Counted from the stretch's first letter, positions 14,391 to 28,190 are shown. The stretch is 64,000 nucleotides of DNA from Eledone cirrhosa (GCA_964016885.1 OZ024743.1:290656001-290720000); one strand, 5' to 3'. A program made the numbers and translations. Notes: a model not told the origin generated them from the sequence alone.

Positions 14391-14522
14391 GATTCCCAAT
14401 GATTTCTAAAGAATGAAACAGTTCTAGTCCTGTAGAATCTCATCTATATTAAAACTGTTATACTCTGCTATGTATTGAGTCCCTTACTTACTGTGGTTAC
14501 CTCCGATTCAAGCCGGAATAAC
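14391..14522 (+). repeat. Third copy of the family A pLTR with mutated HHR core
   Basis: agattcCCAATGAtttctaaagaatGAAAcagttctagtcctgTAgaatct; the CTGATGA core is changed to CCAATGA. Confidence 0.8.
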
Positions 14523-14986
14523 ATATATATATATAAGTATATATACATGTTTATTATTAAAGTTTCTTATTTATGAGAAAGGGAATATGGTTCAACATGT
14601 CAGGATTCACTTGATTGAGAAGAAAATTGAATTGACTTGAAAAGAGAATTTGTTGTGCTGTGATGTGTGTGTGTGTGTGTGCATGTGTGTATATGTGTGT
14701 GTGTGTGTATGCGTGTGTGTGTGTGTATGCATATTTGTATGTGTGTTTGTCTGTGTGTGCAAGTTTGAATGGATGGAGATGCATTCTATGAAGCGTATCT
14801 TCAGTATGAAGTTAAAAATAAAGAGAAAAACAAGAGAAAATAGAATTGAAAATACAAAGTATGACTGAAATATACTCGGGGAGGCGTAGCATACTCATAT
14901 GTCAAGGAAAGGTTTCGGCTTTATGTAGTAAAAGTTTAGGTATGAAATATTTCATTGCTCATCTCCATTTTCCCATCGTGAAAAGT

Positions 14987-15029
14987 ACGGTGCTGACGAT
15001 AGCTAATAAGCTTGAAACTAGTACATCGT
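14987..15029 (+). ncRNA. Minimal type-I hammerhead ribozyme B1
   Basis: acggtg CTGACGA t agct aata agct t GAAA ctag TA catcgt; stem I acggtg/catcgt and palindromic stem III (actagt). Confidence 0.85.
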
Positions 15030-15450
15030 TTCTTTTTCAGTGTTGAACAAAAGGGCAACGACTGTTGCTCAGTGTTGAACAAAAGGGCAACGATGGTTGC
15101 TAAACACTGTACGGCTTAATTCGGGATGTTTGTTTACAAACAAACCGAGCATTATAATAAATGTTCGGTAAATCCATACGTACATATATATATATGTGTG
15201 TGCATGTATGTATATATATACATACTACTGTACGTCTGTATACATATGTGTATGGACGTATACATACTCATATCTAAGTAACAGCCGTACTAAGAGTGAG
15301 AAATGGAACTTCGTTTCATTTTTTCCGTTTATCGTTTTCGGTACGCCCGGCCGATTAACTCACTCGATATGCAAATTAGGCTGCTCAGCCGTTAATATGC
15401 ATAAGGAAAGTATATACTTTCAGACGTTCAATCATCTGGTAGGAAGGTAT

Positions 15451-15493
15451 ACGGTGCTGACGATAGCTAATAAGCTTGAATCTAGTACATCGT
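15451..15493 (+). ncRNA. Minimal hammerhead B2 (GAAA changed to GAAT)
   Basis: Identical to B1 except for the A15.1-to-U change. Confidence 0.7.
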
Positions 15494-15630
15494 TCCATTG
15501 TCAGTGTTGAACAAAAGGGCAACGATAGTTGCTAAACACTGTACGGCTTAATTCGGGATGTTTTTTACAAACACACCGAGCATTATAATAAATGTTCGGT
15601 AAATCCATACGTACATATATATATCTGTGC

Positions 15631-15681
<51 letters not shown>

Positions 15682-15785
15682 CTACTGTACGTCTGTATAC
15701 ATATGTGTATGTACGTATACATACTTATATTTAAGTATGTATACTTACAAAGTGTGAGAAATGAAACTTCGTTTCATTTTTTCCG

Positions 15786-15866
<81 letters not shown>

Positions 15867-16074
15867 GTAAGTATGTATACGTACATTTATATATGTATAC
15901 AAATGTACAGTAGTATGTATATATATATACATACATGCACACTTATATATATGTACGTATGGGTTTACCGAACGTTTATTATAATGTTCAGTTTGTCTGT
16001 AAACAAACAGCCCGTACTACGCCGTACAGTGTTCGGCAACAATCGTCACCTTTTTGTTCAACACTGACACAGGA

Positions 16075-16117
16075 ACGATGTACTAGTTTCAAGCTTATTA
16101 GCTATCGTCAGCAGCGT
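16075..16117 (-). ncRNA. Minimal hammerhead B3
   Basis: Minus strand reads acgctg CTGACGA tagctaataagctt GAAA ctag TA catcgt. Confidence 0.82.
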
Positions 16118-16500
16118 ATACCTTCCTGTCAGATGATTGAACGTTTGAAAGTATATACTTTCCAATGCATATTAATGGCTGAGCTGCCTAATTTGTATAT
16201 CGAGTGAGTTAGTCGGCCGGGTGCACCGAAAACGATAAATGGAAAAGAATGAAACGAAATTTCATTTCTCCCTCTTAGTACAGCTGATACTTAAATGTAA
16301 GTATGTATACGTACATATATGTACACAGACGTACAGTAGTATGTATATATATACATACATTCACACATATATATATATGTACGTATGGGTTTACCGAAAA
16401 TTTATTATAATGTTCGTTTTTTTTTGTAAAGGAACAGCCCGAATTACGCCGTACAGTGTTCGGCACCATAGTCGCCTTTTTCTTCAACACTGTCACAGGA

Positions 16501-16535
16501 ACGATGCACTAGTTTCAAGCTATCGTCAGCATCGT
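16501..16535 (-). ncRNA. Decayed hammerhead B4
   Basis: Minus strand reads acgatg CTGACGA tagctt GAAA ctag TG catcgt; stem II is partly deleted and the triplet is GUG. Confidence 0.6.
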
Positions 16536-16572
16536 ATACCTCGTTTACAAACAATATATATATATATATAAA

Positions 16573-16785
16573 CACGTAAAATTCCGTTATAATAAATACC
16601 GTTATAACGAATTTGTCAGTATAAAGAGTTTGTTTCCAATCTCCGAGCAAACAAATGCTAGATTTATTACGTCGATCTCGTTATAAATAATTCTTAGTTA
16701 CGATCATTTTTATATATCATTTTTATATATCATTTTATATATTATTTTTATTCCCCATGAATTTCGTTATAACGGAATTTCACTG
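16573..16785. mobile_element. pogo/Tigger-like MITE
   Basis: Termini cacgtaaaattccgttataa ... ttataacggaatttcactg followed by TA, with internal repeats of cgttataa. Confidence 0.7.
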
Positions 16786-18236
16786 TATATATATATATAT
16801 ATTAATTATATCTTTGATCCAGCAAAACGTGGTCTCATCTACTGAGCAATCTATTCTTTGGATGCCTGAATACAACTGACTTAGAAGATGACTATACGAA
16901 CATGATAATATGATAATAAATAATACAATTTGAAATATTGAACATATTTTCTGTGTGTTCAAAACTTATTCATAACAACCAAAAATATTTAATTTCCCTT
17001 GCTATTTCCATGCATTCAAAAACAAAGTTGTCTGTAATCAGCATGCACAGATATGGTACGAGAAGCCGTATATAATGAGCTAATGAGCATATGTATGCGT
17101 GTATATGTGTGTGTTTGACAGTGTATTTGTTTGCGTCACCTTGTATATATTTGTGAAGATCTTCATGAGTTTGTTTTAATATATTTCCCAAGACCTTATC
17201 AGCGTACATCTTAACGAATTATAAAAGAAACATGATTTTAGGTCTGTCCATATGTAATCATCTTGTTCATTTTGATATTGGAGAGAAGACACGGTAAAAT
17301 CAAGAGTTTCGCAAGTGACAAATATATATTGAGTGAGTGACATTGGCACCTCATATTATTTAGCATAACTGGACAAAGCAACTTCTGAAACATCGATAAT
17401 TACATGTAACTGTGACTATAAAACAATACTTGGAATTCATTTTGCAATTTCTTTTTAATATTCAGATCATTGTTGTTATTTCTCTATTCATATTTTGCAG
17501 AGATATAACGCCATAACCATTTAAACTTCACGTTTCTGTTGTAGTTCAATTGTAATGAATGTTTGTATTGCTTTTAGGATTTGTACATTCGTTGATTTTT
17601 TAGGAGTTTCTAAGTATTATGGTTAAGATATCAAATGTTATCAAATGTTATCATAATACTTTGTAAATGCATGATGACACATCGAGGAATGTTCCGTGTA
17701 ATCGTTTGTCTCACGAGGTTTTACAACTTTCATGTATTTTATTATAATATGTATGCCACAATTAATTCTAGTACAATCCGATTACGTTTTATATTTTATA
17801 TATCAGTCTAGCCTTACCGATGTCTACTGAGATTTGCTGGTGCATGGGGGATAGGTATATACTCTCAACATGTTTGAGGAATATCTATGTATATTTACTG
17901 CCATAACATTAATTCCGTGATCTTAAATTTATACCCGATTGAACAGCACTTTGATGTAGAGAATATACCCCTAGAATTCCTTTTGACCAACTTTACAGCA
18001 TTCAAGTTTGTTTACTAACACTTGTGTTTGATTTACGTCAGTCACTAGTGTATATTAAGTAGAGAATGTGGAGCAACCACCTCTCTCTCTCAGTCCACCA
18101 GATGACATAAATTCGTTCATATATACAGAGAAATACATGCGACAAGAAACACATTGCATAATTGCAAGCGAATCGAATATTATTAATATCGAAAAACTCA
18201 GATTTACATTTCTTATATATATATAAATATATATAT

Positions 18237-18349
<113 letters not shown>

Positions 18350-18448
18350 TGTGTCTATGTGTGTATGAGTGACCCTCCCAAAGAAATAACAATATCGGTT
18401 TCAACACACGATTCAGATAAAGAATCTTGCTAAACAAATTCAGAAACG

Positions 18449-18513
<65 letters not shown>

Positions 18514-19199
18514 CATTTTAATTCGTTGTTTACTTGCATTTCAGTTTAATCCGTTTATATATTTTGGACATTATCCCTCTAGATTTATCGAGGTTCTTTG
18601 TATAAAGGTGTACCTTCTAATATTTCTAAAATATCACCGTATATGTTTCTGATTCAGTGAGGTAAAATTTATAGATCTCTTTGATGGAGAGAATCGGCCT
18701 CTAGAGTGTTTCTGTTCGAATCGTACTAAAATTTAACTTTGTTTGCAATACCTCTTGCATTGCATTATGTTAGCTACAAGTCAACATCATAGACCGTACT
18801 TCAAACAACAGCTTCACATGTGTAAATACATGTGTGTATTTTGCTTGCGTTTATCACAAAGAAACATATGTCTTGTGCATAAAATATATGTATTATATTT
18901 ACAATATGCTCTCCTTGTGTAGGTAAATTCCTTTATTTCTTTATCATCACACACGCACACATATATGTGTGTGAATTTATGTATGCGTTATTGTAAGTAT
19001 CGAGGCACTTTGGTTTTTGGTCACATTTAGTTGTATAATTAATAAACATATTTAGTAAAACAATTGCGAACGTTAACCAGCTCATCCGAATGCCTTACCT
19101 GATCAAACCTCTAAAGGGTTGTAGTTCCCAGCTACTAATGAAAATATAAACAACTAGTGCTTCTCCTATTCATTCACAAAATCATCATCAAGCATGTTT

Positions 19200-22100
19200 A
19201 ACACATGTTTAAAACTTGCTCGGTAAGTTTTGTTTAAAGTTATTTAGAAATTCGTCATGGTGAACATTTATTTTTTATACCAATTTGTAGAGGTCATAGT
19301 TTGATCTGGTCAGTCTCCCAAATATCGTGCCCCTCAGGGCAAAAACATCCAACTTATTTTCGAAAAAATGTTTTACAAAACACTTCAATTTAAAGAAAAT
19401 GACCGCAGCAAAAGCACCCTCTTCCTTGTCAATACAAGATGATGGGAAGGGAGAGCCATGTTTACTTGACCAGCTGGTAGTAGCAGACATGGACAAAGGA
19501 ATGCCAACGTTATCGCACACATACATAAAAAAACAACAAAGAACTAGTAGAAACTGTCCGAAAGGACCCTACTATCCAAACGGATGGGAAAGCCTTCCCC
19601 ACCAATGACCCACCCCCAAACCTCAAACTGATCCGGGTAACAACCCTACAACATGAAATATTGAAAAGGACATTCCCACACGATGTGATGCCAAAATCCC
19701 CTTAACCGTATCCTGCTAAAAGGATTCCCTCCCTCCCCAAACACCCGCAATCTGGACATGGAGTTCGAACAACCCGATCTCCCGGAAACTAAAAGGTTAT
19801 TGTTCCTGCCTTTTTTCTCCCTAACTCTTCTTCACCAACATGGCGACTATACAAGTTGGATGTTTGAATGTACGTGGCCTGGGCATGCCCTGGAAACAGG
19901 GCCAGTTTTGAAATAAACGACAGGTCACATTGTATAAATGTGATAGCCATCACCGTGTTCAGGATTCACTACAAGCAGCAGCTAACCCCCATGTTCGATG
20001 ATTTTGAGATCTACGCATCTCTCTCTCAGTCAGGAGTTGGAGGGGATTTGCTGTTCTGTTTCGAAAAAACCTGAATCTCAAAGTACGGCCGATTCACTTG
20101 GAACCGGAGGGCAGCCTCATGGTCCTGGACGTGAATGGTAGTGAAAGTGGAGGCTTCAGACTGGTGGCCGTATATGCCTCGACTGGGATATCGCGACCAG
20201 AGTTCTTCAAACGTCTGGAGACATTCCTGGGAACGTCTCGCTCCTTAGGGTTAGCGGGGTACTGGAATGGCAGCTTAGACGCTCGTTGGGACTACGTAGT
20301 AGCTTGTGATGATAGAGGGGGTGTAATAGTCTCAAAAATCTAATCAGCTAATTCCAACTGGCTGATAGATATCGACTAGACTTCCCAAGTGCACCACAGT
20401 GGACGTGGAGCAACCGCACTGGGTCTTCTAGATCGTATTTAGATATATTTCTAATTAGACAGAATGATAAGGAAACATTAAGCTGTCCACAAGTGCACAT
20501 GATTGTCTATTCAGACCACAAACTAGTCACCTGCATAGTCAACCTTGATAGAATATATAGACAGGGACATGGATACTGGAAGCTAACCATGTTGTTTCCG
20601 TCGCGTAAGGCCTACAGTAAACGTATTAGCACCTTAGTTAAGAGCCAGTTGACGGGGGCCATCGTCAACAACGGGTGGTGGAGCTCTCTCAAGAGAGTAA
20701 TTAGAATAGAATCGATAGCATTTAGCAAGGAAGTAGCTTTAGAAAAAAACAAAACTGAAAAGTAACTGGTACCTAAAGTAGAAGAGGCACTTAGGAATGG
20801 CAGAATAGCTGACGTGCTAGCGGTAAGAACGGTACTAGACTAGTTCTTCAACGAAGGTTGTATTCTCAGAAATAGAACACGTGCTCTAAGAAATGAGGGG
20901 GCCAAAGCTGTTAGCTGGGCTCAAGTGGCAGAGGCGGAAAGTGGTAACAAATCCACGATTCGGTCTTTGCAAGACAAAGATGGACGCATGCTACTTGACT
21001 CCAAGCAGATGTGCACGGCCTTTCAGTAAGCACTTTGCACAACTGTTCGGGCAAAGCAGTACGTCGAGTGGGGTGATGGACTTCAGTTCCTACTTCGAGG
21101 GCGTACGACGACTCTCGAGCACGGATGCAGAGAGCTGCGAAAGGCCATTCACAGCGGGCGAAATAGAAGATGCCCTAGGCCGCTGCGGGAAACGCAAATG
21201 ACCCGAGTTTTACATAAGCATGCCAGACTTGTTATCTGGCGTCCTCGAAGCGGTCTACTGCAAATGCAGCAGAAGGGGAGGATTTCCAGTTATGTAAGCA
21301 GAGGCGTAGTAACGCTGATCAGGAAAGATGAGAACTAGGGGGATGACATAAGTAATTTCAGGCCCATAACCCTGCTCAACACTGAGTTAAAGATTTTGTT
21401 CAAGGTGTTAGCAACGAGACTGGCGCTCGTCGAGAACCTGGTAGGCGAAGCGCAAACGTGTGCAATCGACCAGGTCCATACACGACAACCCCCACCTCAT
21501 GCGATACATCATAGAGAGGGTTGTGTGTAAACCTGGCTTCGGTGTGTCTCTGATTAATTCTAAGGCATTTGATAGGGTCGGCCATCAATATGTGGAAGGG
21601 GTTTCTCAAAGCGGCGGGCTTCGGTCCCGTCTTCAGAGGCTGGATCGTCGCTGCCATGAACACCAGCATCTGCTCGGCAGTCAAGGTGAATTACTACCTA
21701 TCGGAGCCATTCCAAATCATGCGTTCCATCCGACAGGGATACCCTCTCTCCACCATATTCTGTATGCACTGACTCTCGAGCCATTACTGCGGAATTTGGA
21801 GCTGTTGCAGGGCATCCCAATTGAACCAGGACTGCGGAAAGCAGCGTCGGCCTATACCGATGAAGTAACCATAATGGTGTCGAAGACCTCGAACATCGGG
21901 GTAATCGGCAACCTATTACAGGAATACGAAACGTTGACAGGAGCAAGACTATACCCAAACAAATCTGTCGATTTGCAACTCGGCACATGGAGAAGCAAAA
22001 CCATGCCTTCCGACATTGGCGTTGTATTCTGGACGGAAGGACCAGTGAAATTGTCGGAGTCTTGTTTGAAACAGGCTTCATTGGTGAGGAGATCCATCTG

Positions 22101-23110
22101 CTGTCAACACCCTTCTAACGGAGGGCTGGGCATGCCGTGGCTGATGATGCGCAAACACGCGCTGAGGATACGCCATTTCCAGGCATTCCTGACCGACGAA
22201 CCGGTGTGGCTGTCGTTTGTGAGACAGGCTCTATAACTAGTCTCACTAACAGAGCTGCAGTCCTAGGTCAAGTGAAGAGCGAAAATGGGCGCCTGGAACC
22301 TCGAGTACCTTCAGGCGCTCACAACCATCTACCAATAGAAACGGCAATCATCGGAGACTCGACTTCGACATTCTATAGGGGATTAGTGGAGGATAAGTGC
22401 GACGACGTTCTCGGGGAAACTCTAGGCACCGAGGACTTTCCGTCCAGGGCCTATGGATAACTTCCAGAGGTCTCTGGCCGGGCAGTGCTACCGAGGAGCT
22501 CTACCAGTTCGAAACAAAATCTAGAGGCACTGACACCCTGGCAGAGATCCTACCAAACGGATCTGTCCAAGATGCGAGCAGGACATCGAAACCGTTCTGC
22601 ACGCAATTGTTCAGTGCCCAGGGGTGACCAACCTGTGGAATTATATCGAACAGCTACTGTCACGCGTGGGGCGCATCCAGTTGTCTGCCGAGTCCATCGT
22701 GAGGATCACCACACCGTCTTCATTTAAGAATGAAGGAGAGGCGGTTTCCCCCTGTCTGGTGGCTATGGCGAAAGAGGTAATATGGTGGACGAGGTTAAAA
22801 GGACTGAGGGCAAACACCTTTCTCTCCGGACAACAACTTATCCCCTTCTTTAAGTACCACTTCAGAAGTAAGGCGAGAGTGGTGAGAGAGGTGTTACACC
22901 CCAGTAAATTCGCTGAAAGGTGGGTAAATGTGGAGAAAATGGCCCGAAGGAATATAAACCTGTAGGGTGAGGAAGATGAACAGAGGGAAGACGGGAACAC
23001 CTACAGAACGTGTTCCTGGTGGTGAAGGTTGTTCTATCCACGGGGTGTAAAACAATCCTGCAGTTACGTTCCTCCCTATTGGGGATTTCAATTGTTATTT
23101 TTTTACCGCC
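19200..23110 (+). mobile_element. Degenerate L1/Tx1-clade LINE (ORF1 largely deleted, ORF2 fragmented)
   Basis: ORF2 starts near 19840 (IQVGCLNVRGLG). It carries APE motifs (RLVAVYA, YSDHKLV, GYWKL), RT motifs (KAFDRV, SIRQG.PL, AYTDEV) and C-terminal KEVIWWTRLKG. Colinear with 31073-34497. Confidence 0.92.
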
Positions 23111-23112
23111 AG

Positions 23113-23215
<103 letters not shown>

Positions 23216-23269
23216 CTTCTCTCTTCTATTCTCCTTCTCCGTCTCCTCTCCCTATGTATCTCTTTCAAT

Positions 23270-23520
23270 CTAATATCTCACAACCACTATTTCTTTCTCT
23301 CTATTATGCTCTCTTTCTGTTTATGAAGGTACCCAGAAAAACACATATCTCGGGAAGCAGTGCTTCGATTTACGCGAAACTAGTTTTATTCCATTTGTAT
23401 TCCCATTTCATAGACAACTTCCTTTCAAATTATTTTCCGATTATGCGCCCATTTGGCTGTATTACATTACAGACAAGCAAACAAGCAAGCAAGCAAGCAA
23501 TCACAAACTTTTAGTAATAT
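23270..23520 (+). repeat. Unclassified ~250-300 bp interspersed repeat with (CAAG)n near one end, copy 1 (possibly non-autonomous Helitron)
   Basis: Homologous to 34778-35078 (+) and 27880-28190 (-). Followed by actagacaaccc..., which reads as hairpin plus CTAG on the - strand. Confidence 0.6.
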
Positions 23521-23626
23521 ACTAGACAACCCATGCCCTGTTGGGTCACGTTCACTTTAAAATAATTGTTAAATAATTAAAATATACACATACAGGTATA
23601 TAATGTGAAATGAAACTGGAAAGGCC

Positions 23627-23691
<65 letters not shown>

Positions 23692-23749
23692 AAAATGGAA
23701 CGGGAACAAAACAGAGAAGCAGTACGAACACAAGATTTATATATATATC

Positions 23750-25393
23750 TATCTAAGGCGGGTAAAATTTCCGAGATCCATGGACGAGTTCTCTCCAGCG
23801 GTCTCTGTCCCTCATTATCGCTGCCATATCCTGCATCTCCAACAGACCAGTGTCTGTCCTTAGGGCATCAACATATGTTAACCTTGGTCTTCCTCTTCTA
23901 GTGTGTCCATGTAGTGGCTCCCAAAGGAGCACTCAGCGCAATGTCAACTTTGGATGTCGGTGAGCATGTCCAGCCAACCTCAGTCTCCTCTGTGTCACTT
24001 TTGAGCTGACTTTGGGGATGCTCCCATACAGCTCAGAGTTTTTCATCCTCAGTGTATACTGATTAATGTTCAGAGCCATCCTCAGCATTCTCGTGTAGCA
24101 CCCATCCACCATCTGAGTGAGTTTCTTGGTCAGTGTCCAAGTCTCAGACCCATACAGCAGCACAGACTCCACTACAGCAATGAAGAGGCGGATTTTCAGG
24201 TCTCTACGAAGGTCCGACTTCCACACCGATCTCAAGCTGTGGCACGCCGCCCAGGCCTTGCTCTTCCTCTCAACCACATCATCTTCCGTATTCCCAATCT
24301 TTGCTCCCAAATACAGGAAGTCCTCAACCAATTCCAGCGGCTTCCCGCCCACATTAGTGATCCCCTCTGGCTTCTCAACATTCTCTACCAGATATTTTGT
24401 TTTAGTCTCATTCATTCTCAGCCCCACACTCATCGACACAGTCTCAACCTCCCGCATACAATCCTCTGCCTCCTTCACTGTATTTGTCACCAAAACTATG
24501 TCGTCGGCAAATTCAGCATCCGATACATTTTTCGCCCTAACTCTCCTGCTCTGAGCCGGTGCTACAGTAAAGCCAGAGTCCTGGTGTTTCTCCAGTGCAA
24601 GGCGCATACAATAGTCCACTACGATGATAAAAAGGTAGGGAGCCAATGTATCTCCCTGGAGCACTCCAGCCAGTATCTCAAAGAACTCTGTCATCCCATC
24701 AGGTGTAATGACTTGGGCTTTGGTGTTGGTGTAGAGCAGTGATACCAGGTCCACTATCTTCCTGGGGATTCCATAAGCCTGTAAGATCTTCATCAGGCAG
24801 TAACGGTCCACAGAATCAAAGGCCTTCCTAAAGTCAATGAAAACCATGACCGCTGGAAGGCACTTTGCTCTAGCTCCCTCTACTATCCTCCTCAGCATCA
24901 GGATGTGACTGGTGGTTGATCTACCCTCTCTGAAGCCGTTCTGGTTGTCCCTGAGCTTCCTCTCCATCTCAGGCTGGATCCTGTTAAGAATCATCCTGTT
25001 GAGGGTCTTTGCCACAAGTGACGTCAGTGAGATCCCCCGGTGTTAGAGAGATCTCCCTTCTTTGGCACTGGGACGATGTTACTGATCCTCCACTGATTCG
25101 GGGCAACTCCTTTCTCCAGTGCCCCGTTACAGAACCCCAGGATGATATCATCAAAATCACACCTCTTCATCACCTCTGATGCCACTCCATCTTCTACATG
25201 AGCCTTGCCCTCCTTGATCTTCTTCTTGGCTCTCTGAAGCTCCTCTCTGGTGAAGGGGTCTGTCTCAACATCCAGTTCCTCAAACAGCCGCCTGATCTCC
25301 CCAGTGCTCTGGGATGTGGAGGGTGGCTCTCCTAGTAGGGTCCTAAACTGGTCTAGCCATTTCCTCTTCCTATCCTCGGGCCCCGTTCCCTGG
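23750..25393 (-). mobile_element. 5'-truncated RTE-clade LINE
   Basis: ORF 23933-25015 has RT motifs QNGFR, DFRKAFDSV, GVLQGDTLAP, FADDI and FLYLG. It continues past a premature stop to RRGRP and DRDRWR, and is bounded by (TA)n tracts. Confidence 0.95.
23933..25015 (-). pseudogene. RTE reverse transcriptase domain (truncated)
   Basis: 360-aa ORF with non-LTR RT motifs; the endonuclease domain is absent. Confidence 0.9.
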
Positions 25394-25459
<66 letters not shown>

Positions 25460-25876
25460 ATACTTGGGTAGGGTCATATTTGTGTAATATTGCCAGAATT
25501 AATAACAGAACACACTCACTGTTTGGTTGGTTTTCGCTTTTCGCTTCTGTGTCTTTTATATCGGTAATTTAATTTATTCGGTCCTCAATGTTGCCATTGA
25601 CTGACCAACGGTCAAAAATACAGATACAATATAGACACAAACACATATATATAGTTTATCAAAGTTCTTTCGTTGCACATCTGCAGCATCGTCAATGGCA
25701 ACATTGAGGACCGAATGAATTAAATTACCGATATAAAAGACGCAGAAGCGAAAACGAAAACCAACCAAACTGTGAGTGTGTTATGTTATTAATTCTGGCA
25801 ATATTACACAAATATGACCCTCCCCAAGTATAACAATATTTGTTTCGACACATTTCATATCAAAAACCTCGCAAAA

Positions 25877-25917
<41 letters not shown>

Positions 25918-25976
25918 GTAGAACACTGGAAGGTAATATCCGTAGTGGTATGGTGAACAAACTGTTGTATAACCAC

Positions 25977-26024
<48 letters not shown>

Positions 26025-26102
26025 GCGTAGGAAGTGGGGTGTTGGCTGTGACTTTTCTACATTGGTTATAGACACACACACATATACACACACGTATGTA
26101 AA

Positions 26103-26420
26103 ATGAACCCCCAGCTAAACTGTAAAACTAGAAATGTAGTCTATAGTATAAGATGTACAGAGCGTACTTGCAGAAACATAACAACGGCATACATAGGTGA
26201 GACAGCTCGAAACATAAGAGCAAGGATAGACCAACACTGGGGGGAACTAAATAGACAAAAAAAAACGGTTCACTACTATATGAAAACGACAGACAAAGAC
26301 AAGACGGTAATATAGACAACATCGAAATTAAAATAATATCTAAACATAGAATTCACTCAGCAGGTTGGCAAATCAGAGAAGCAAGTGAAATAGTGCTTAG
26401 AAGACCAATGTTAAACAGAA
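26103..26420 (+). pseudogene. PLE GIY-YIG endonuclease remnant
   Basis: LNCKTRNVVYSIRC..RTC....AYIGETARNIRARIDQH; frameshifted C-terminus. Confidence 0.88.
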
Positions 26421-26648
26421 AAAACGAATGGGATAACAACAACAACCATACCCAAACAATACTGACTTAAGGGAAATATAAAGAAATAAATGAATATATA
26501 CACAAGTACAATAACAACAAACACATATAAACACACACTAGTAAACAAAGATTGAATATAGAAACCAAAAAACATACACTCAAACGCGAACACACACCCC
26601 AAACATTATACACACACGCAAACGCATGCGCAGAGACGGAGACAACAA

Positions 26649-26687
<39 letters not shown>

Positions 26688-26743
26688 AATAAAAATTGCG
26701 TAGACATTACACTACAATACAATAGGAGGAAACTTAATATTAG

Positions 26744-26787
26744 TATCACTGATGATGTTGCAGCTGTGCAACGAAAGAACTTTGATA
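26744..26787 (+). ncRNA. Minimal type-I hammerhead ribozyme (family C)
   Basis: tatca CTGATGA t gttgca gctg tgcaac GAAA gaac TT tgata. Related copies lie on the - strand at ~27596-27644 and, truncated, at ~25657-25695. Confidence 0.8.
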
Positions 26788-26865
26788 TATGATATTTATT
26801 CGCAAGATTACGGCCTAGGAAAAGATAACACAGTAATTTTATTTTTTTAGATTTATTTATCAAAC

Positions 26866-27360
26866 TTGGGTCAGTTTCTCTTCATCACTTGTTCTTTCGA
26901 TCTCATTCGATAAACCCGCCATTGGCTTTGATGACGGCCTCAAGGCAGCCTCGGAACCGGATAGAGGCCTTCGTCACTGTCCCCCGACATAGGCCCCTAA
27001 AGGCACTTGTGATCCTGGCCTTCAGATCATCTTTCGTATTGCAGCTAGATCTGTTGGTCGCTCGTTCCACTGCACCCCACAGAAAGAAGTTTAAAGGGCT
27101 GCTGTCAGGCGAGCTGGGAGGTCAGATGTCAGGTGAAGTGTGGTTGACGAAGTTCCATCACAGCAAGGCTTGGGTCTTTCTGCTGGTATGGCAGGGTGCT
27201 TTGTCTTGCTGCCACACATACGGCATACCTGCAGCTAACTGGTCGATCCTTGGCTTTACTACCTCGCTCAGAGACGTGGATGTAGCCATCGGTGTTCAGC
27301 TCGAGGCCCTCAGGGAAGAAGTTATGTGGCATGACTTCACCTTGACTGCTGACAACACCT
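26866..27360 (-). mobile_element. maT (DD37D) Tc1/mariner transposase fragment
   Basis: Minus strand reads YVWQQDKAPCHTSRKTQ...PPSSPDSSPLNFFLWG...LEAVIKANGGFIE*. There are 37 residues between the second D and the third catalytic position (now N), plus in-frame stops. Confidence 0.85.
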
Positions 27361-27738
27361 AAGTATAAATATATAAACCCTCCCCAAGTATAAATATATA
27401 TATATATTTATACTTGGTCGGGGGGGTCTTATTGTTGTAATACTATTGCCAGAAATAATAACAGAACACACTTACAGTTTGGTTGGTTTCGCTTCTGTAT
27501 CTTTTATATGTCCATAGTTAATTTATTTGTTAATCAACGTTTATCATTGATTGACCAACGGTTAAAAATGCAGATATAAATATGCATATATAGTCTATCA
27601 AAATTATTTCGTTGCACATCTGCAACATCATCAGTTGCACTATTATTATGTTCCCTCCTATTGTATTGTATTGTATTGTAACGTCTACGCAATTTTTATT
27701 TTCTTTATTTAAGAAAATCTCTCTCACACACACACACA

Positions 27739-27857
<119 letters not shown>

Positions 27858-27879
27858 ATATATATATATGTATATATAT

Positions 27880-28190
27880 GAATACACTACTAAAACTCTG
27901 TGATCGCTTGCTTGCTTGCTAGTCTTTAATGTAATACAGACAAAAGACTGCATAATGGGAAAACACTTTGAATGAAAGTTGACTCTGAAATGCGAATACA
28001 AATGGACTATAACAAGTATCAAGTAAGTCGGTACACGTGTTCCCGACATAAGGGGTTTTTTCGGGTACCTTCATACACAGAGAGATAGGGAAAGATATAG
28101 AGAAAGAGATAGTGGTTGTGAAAGAGGGACCTAGAGAGAGGGAGAAAGGTTGAGAAGGAGAACGGAAGGCAGAGAGATGGTGGTCTTGTT
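27880..28190 (-). repeat. Unclassified (CAAG)n-ended repeat, copy 2
   Basis: Reverse complement of 34778-35078. Confidence 0.75.

Larger units (their letters stand above)
14985..16545. mobile_element. Retrozyme-like tandem HHR units (family B): two on + (14985-15787) and two on - (15863-16545), converging on a (TA)n tract
   Basis: Non-coding unit with HHR spacing of 464 nt on + (including a ~31-nt internal duplication) and 426 nt on -. The two halves are reverse complements. Confidence 0.8.
25452..27710 (+). mobile_element. Truncated Penelope-like element (family C) with inverted pLTRs
   Basis: Inverted repeat ~25452-25601 / 25691-25840, a GIY-YIG remnant, and an HHR at 26744. A second inverted pLTR at ~27411-27710 carries an HHR on the - strand. 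Confidence 0.8.

Noticed and set aside
14985-16545. CRISPR-like interpretation of the repeated motifs
   Set aside because: The sequences between motifs are homologous rather than unique, the context is eukaryotic, and there are no cas genes.
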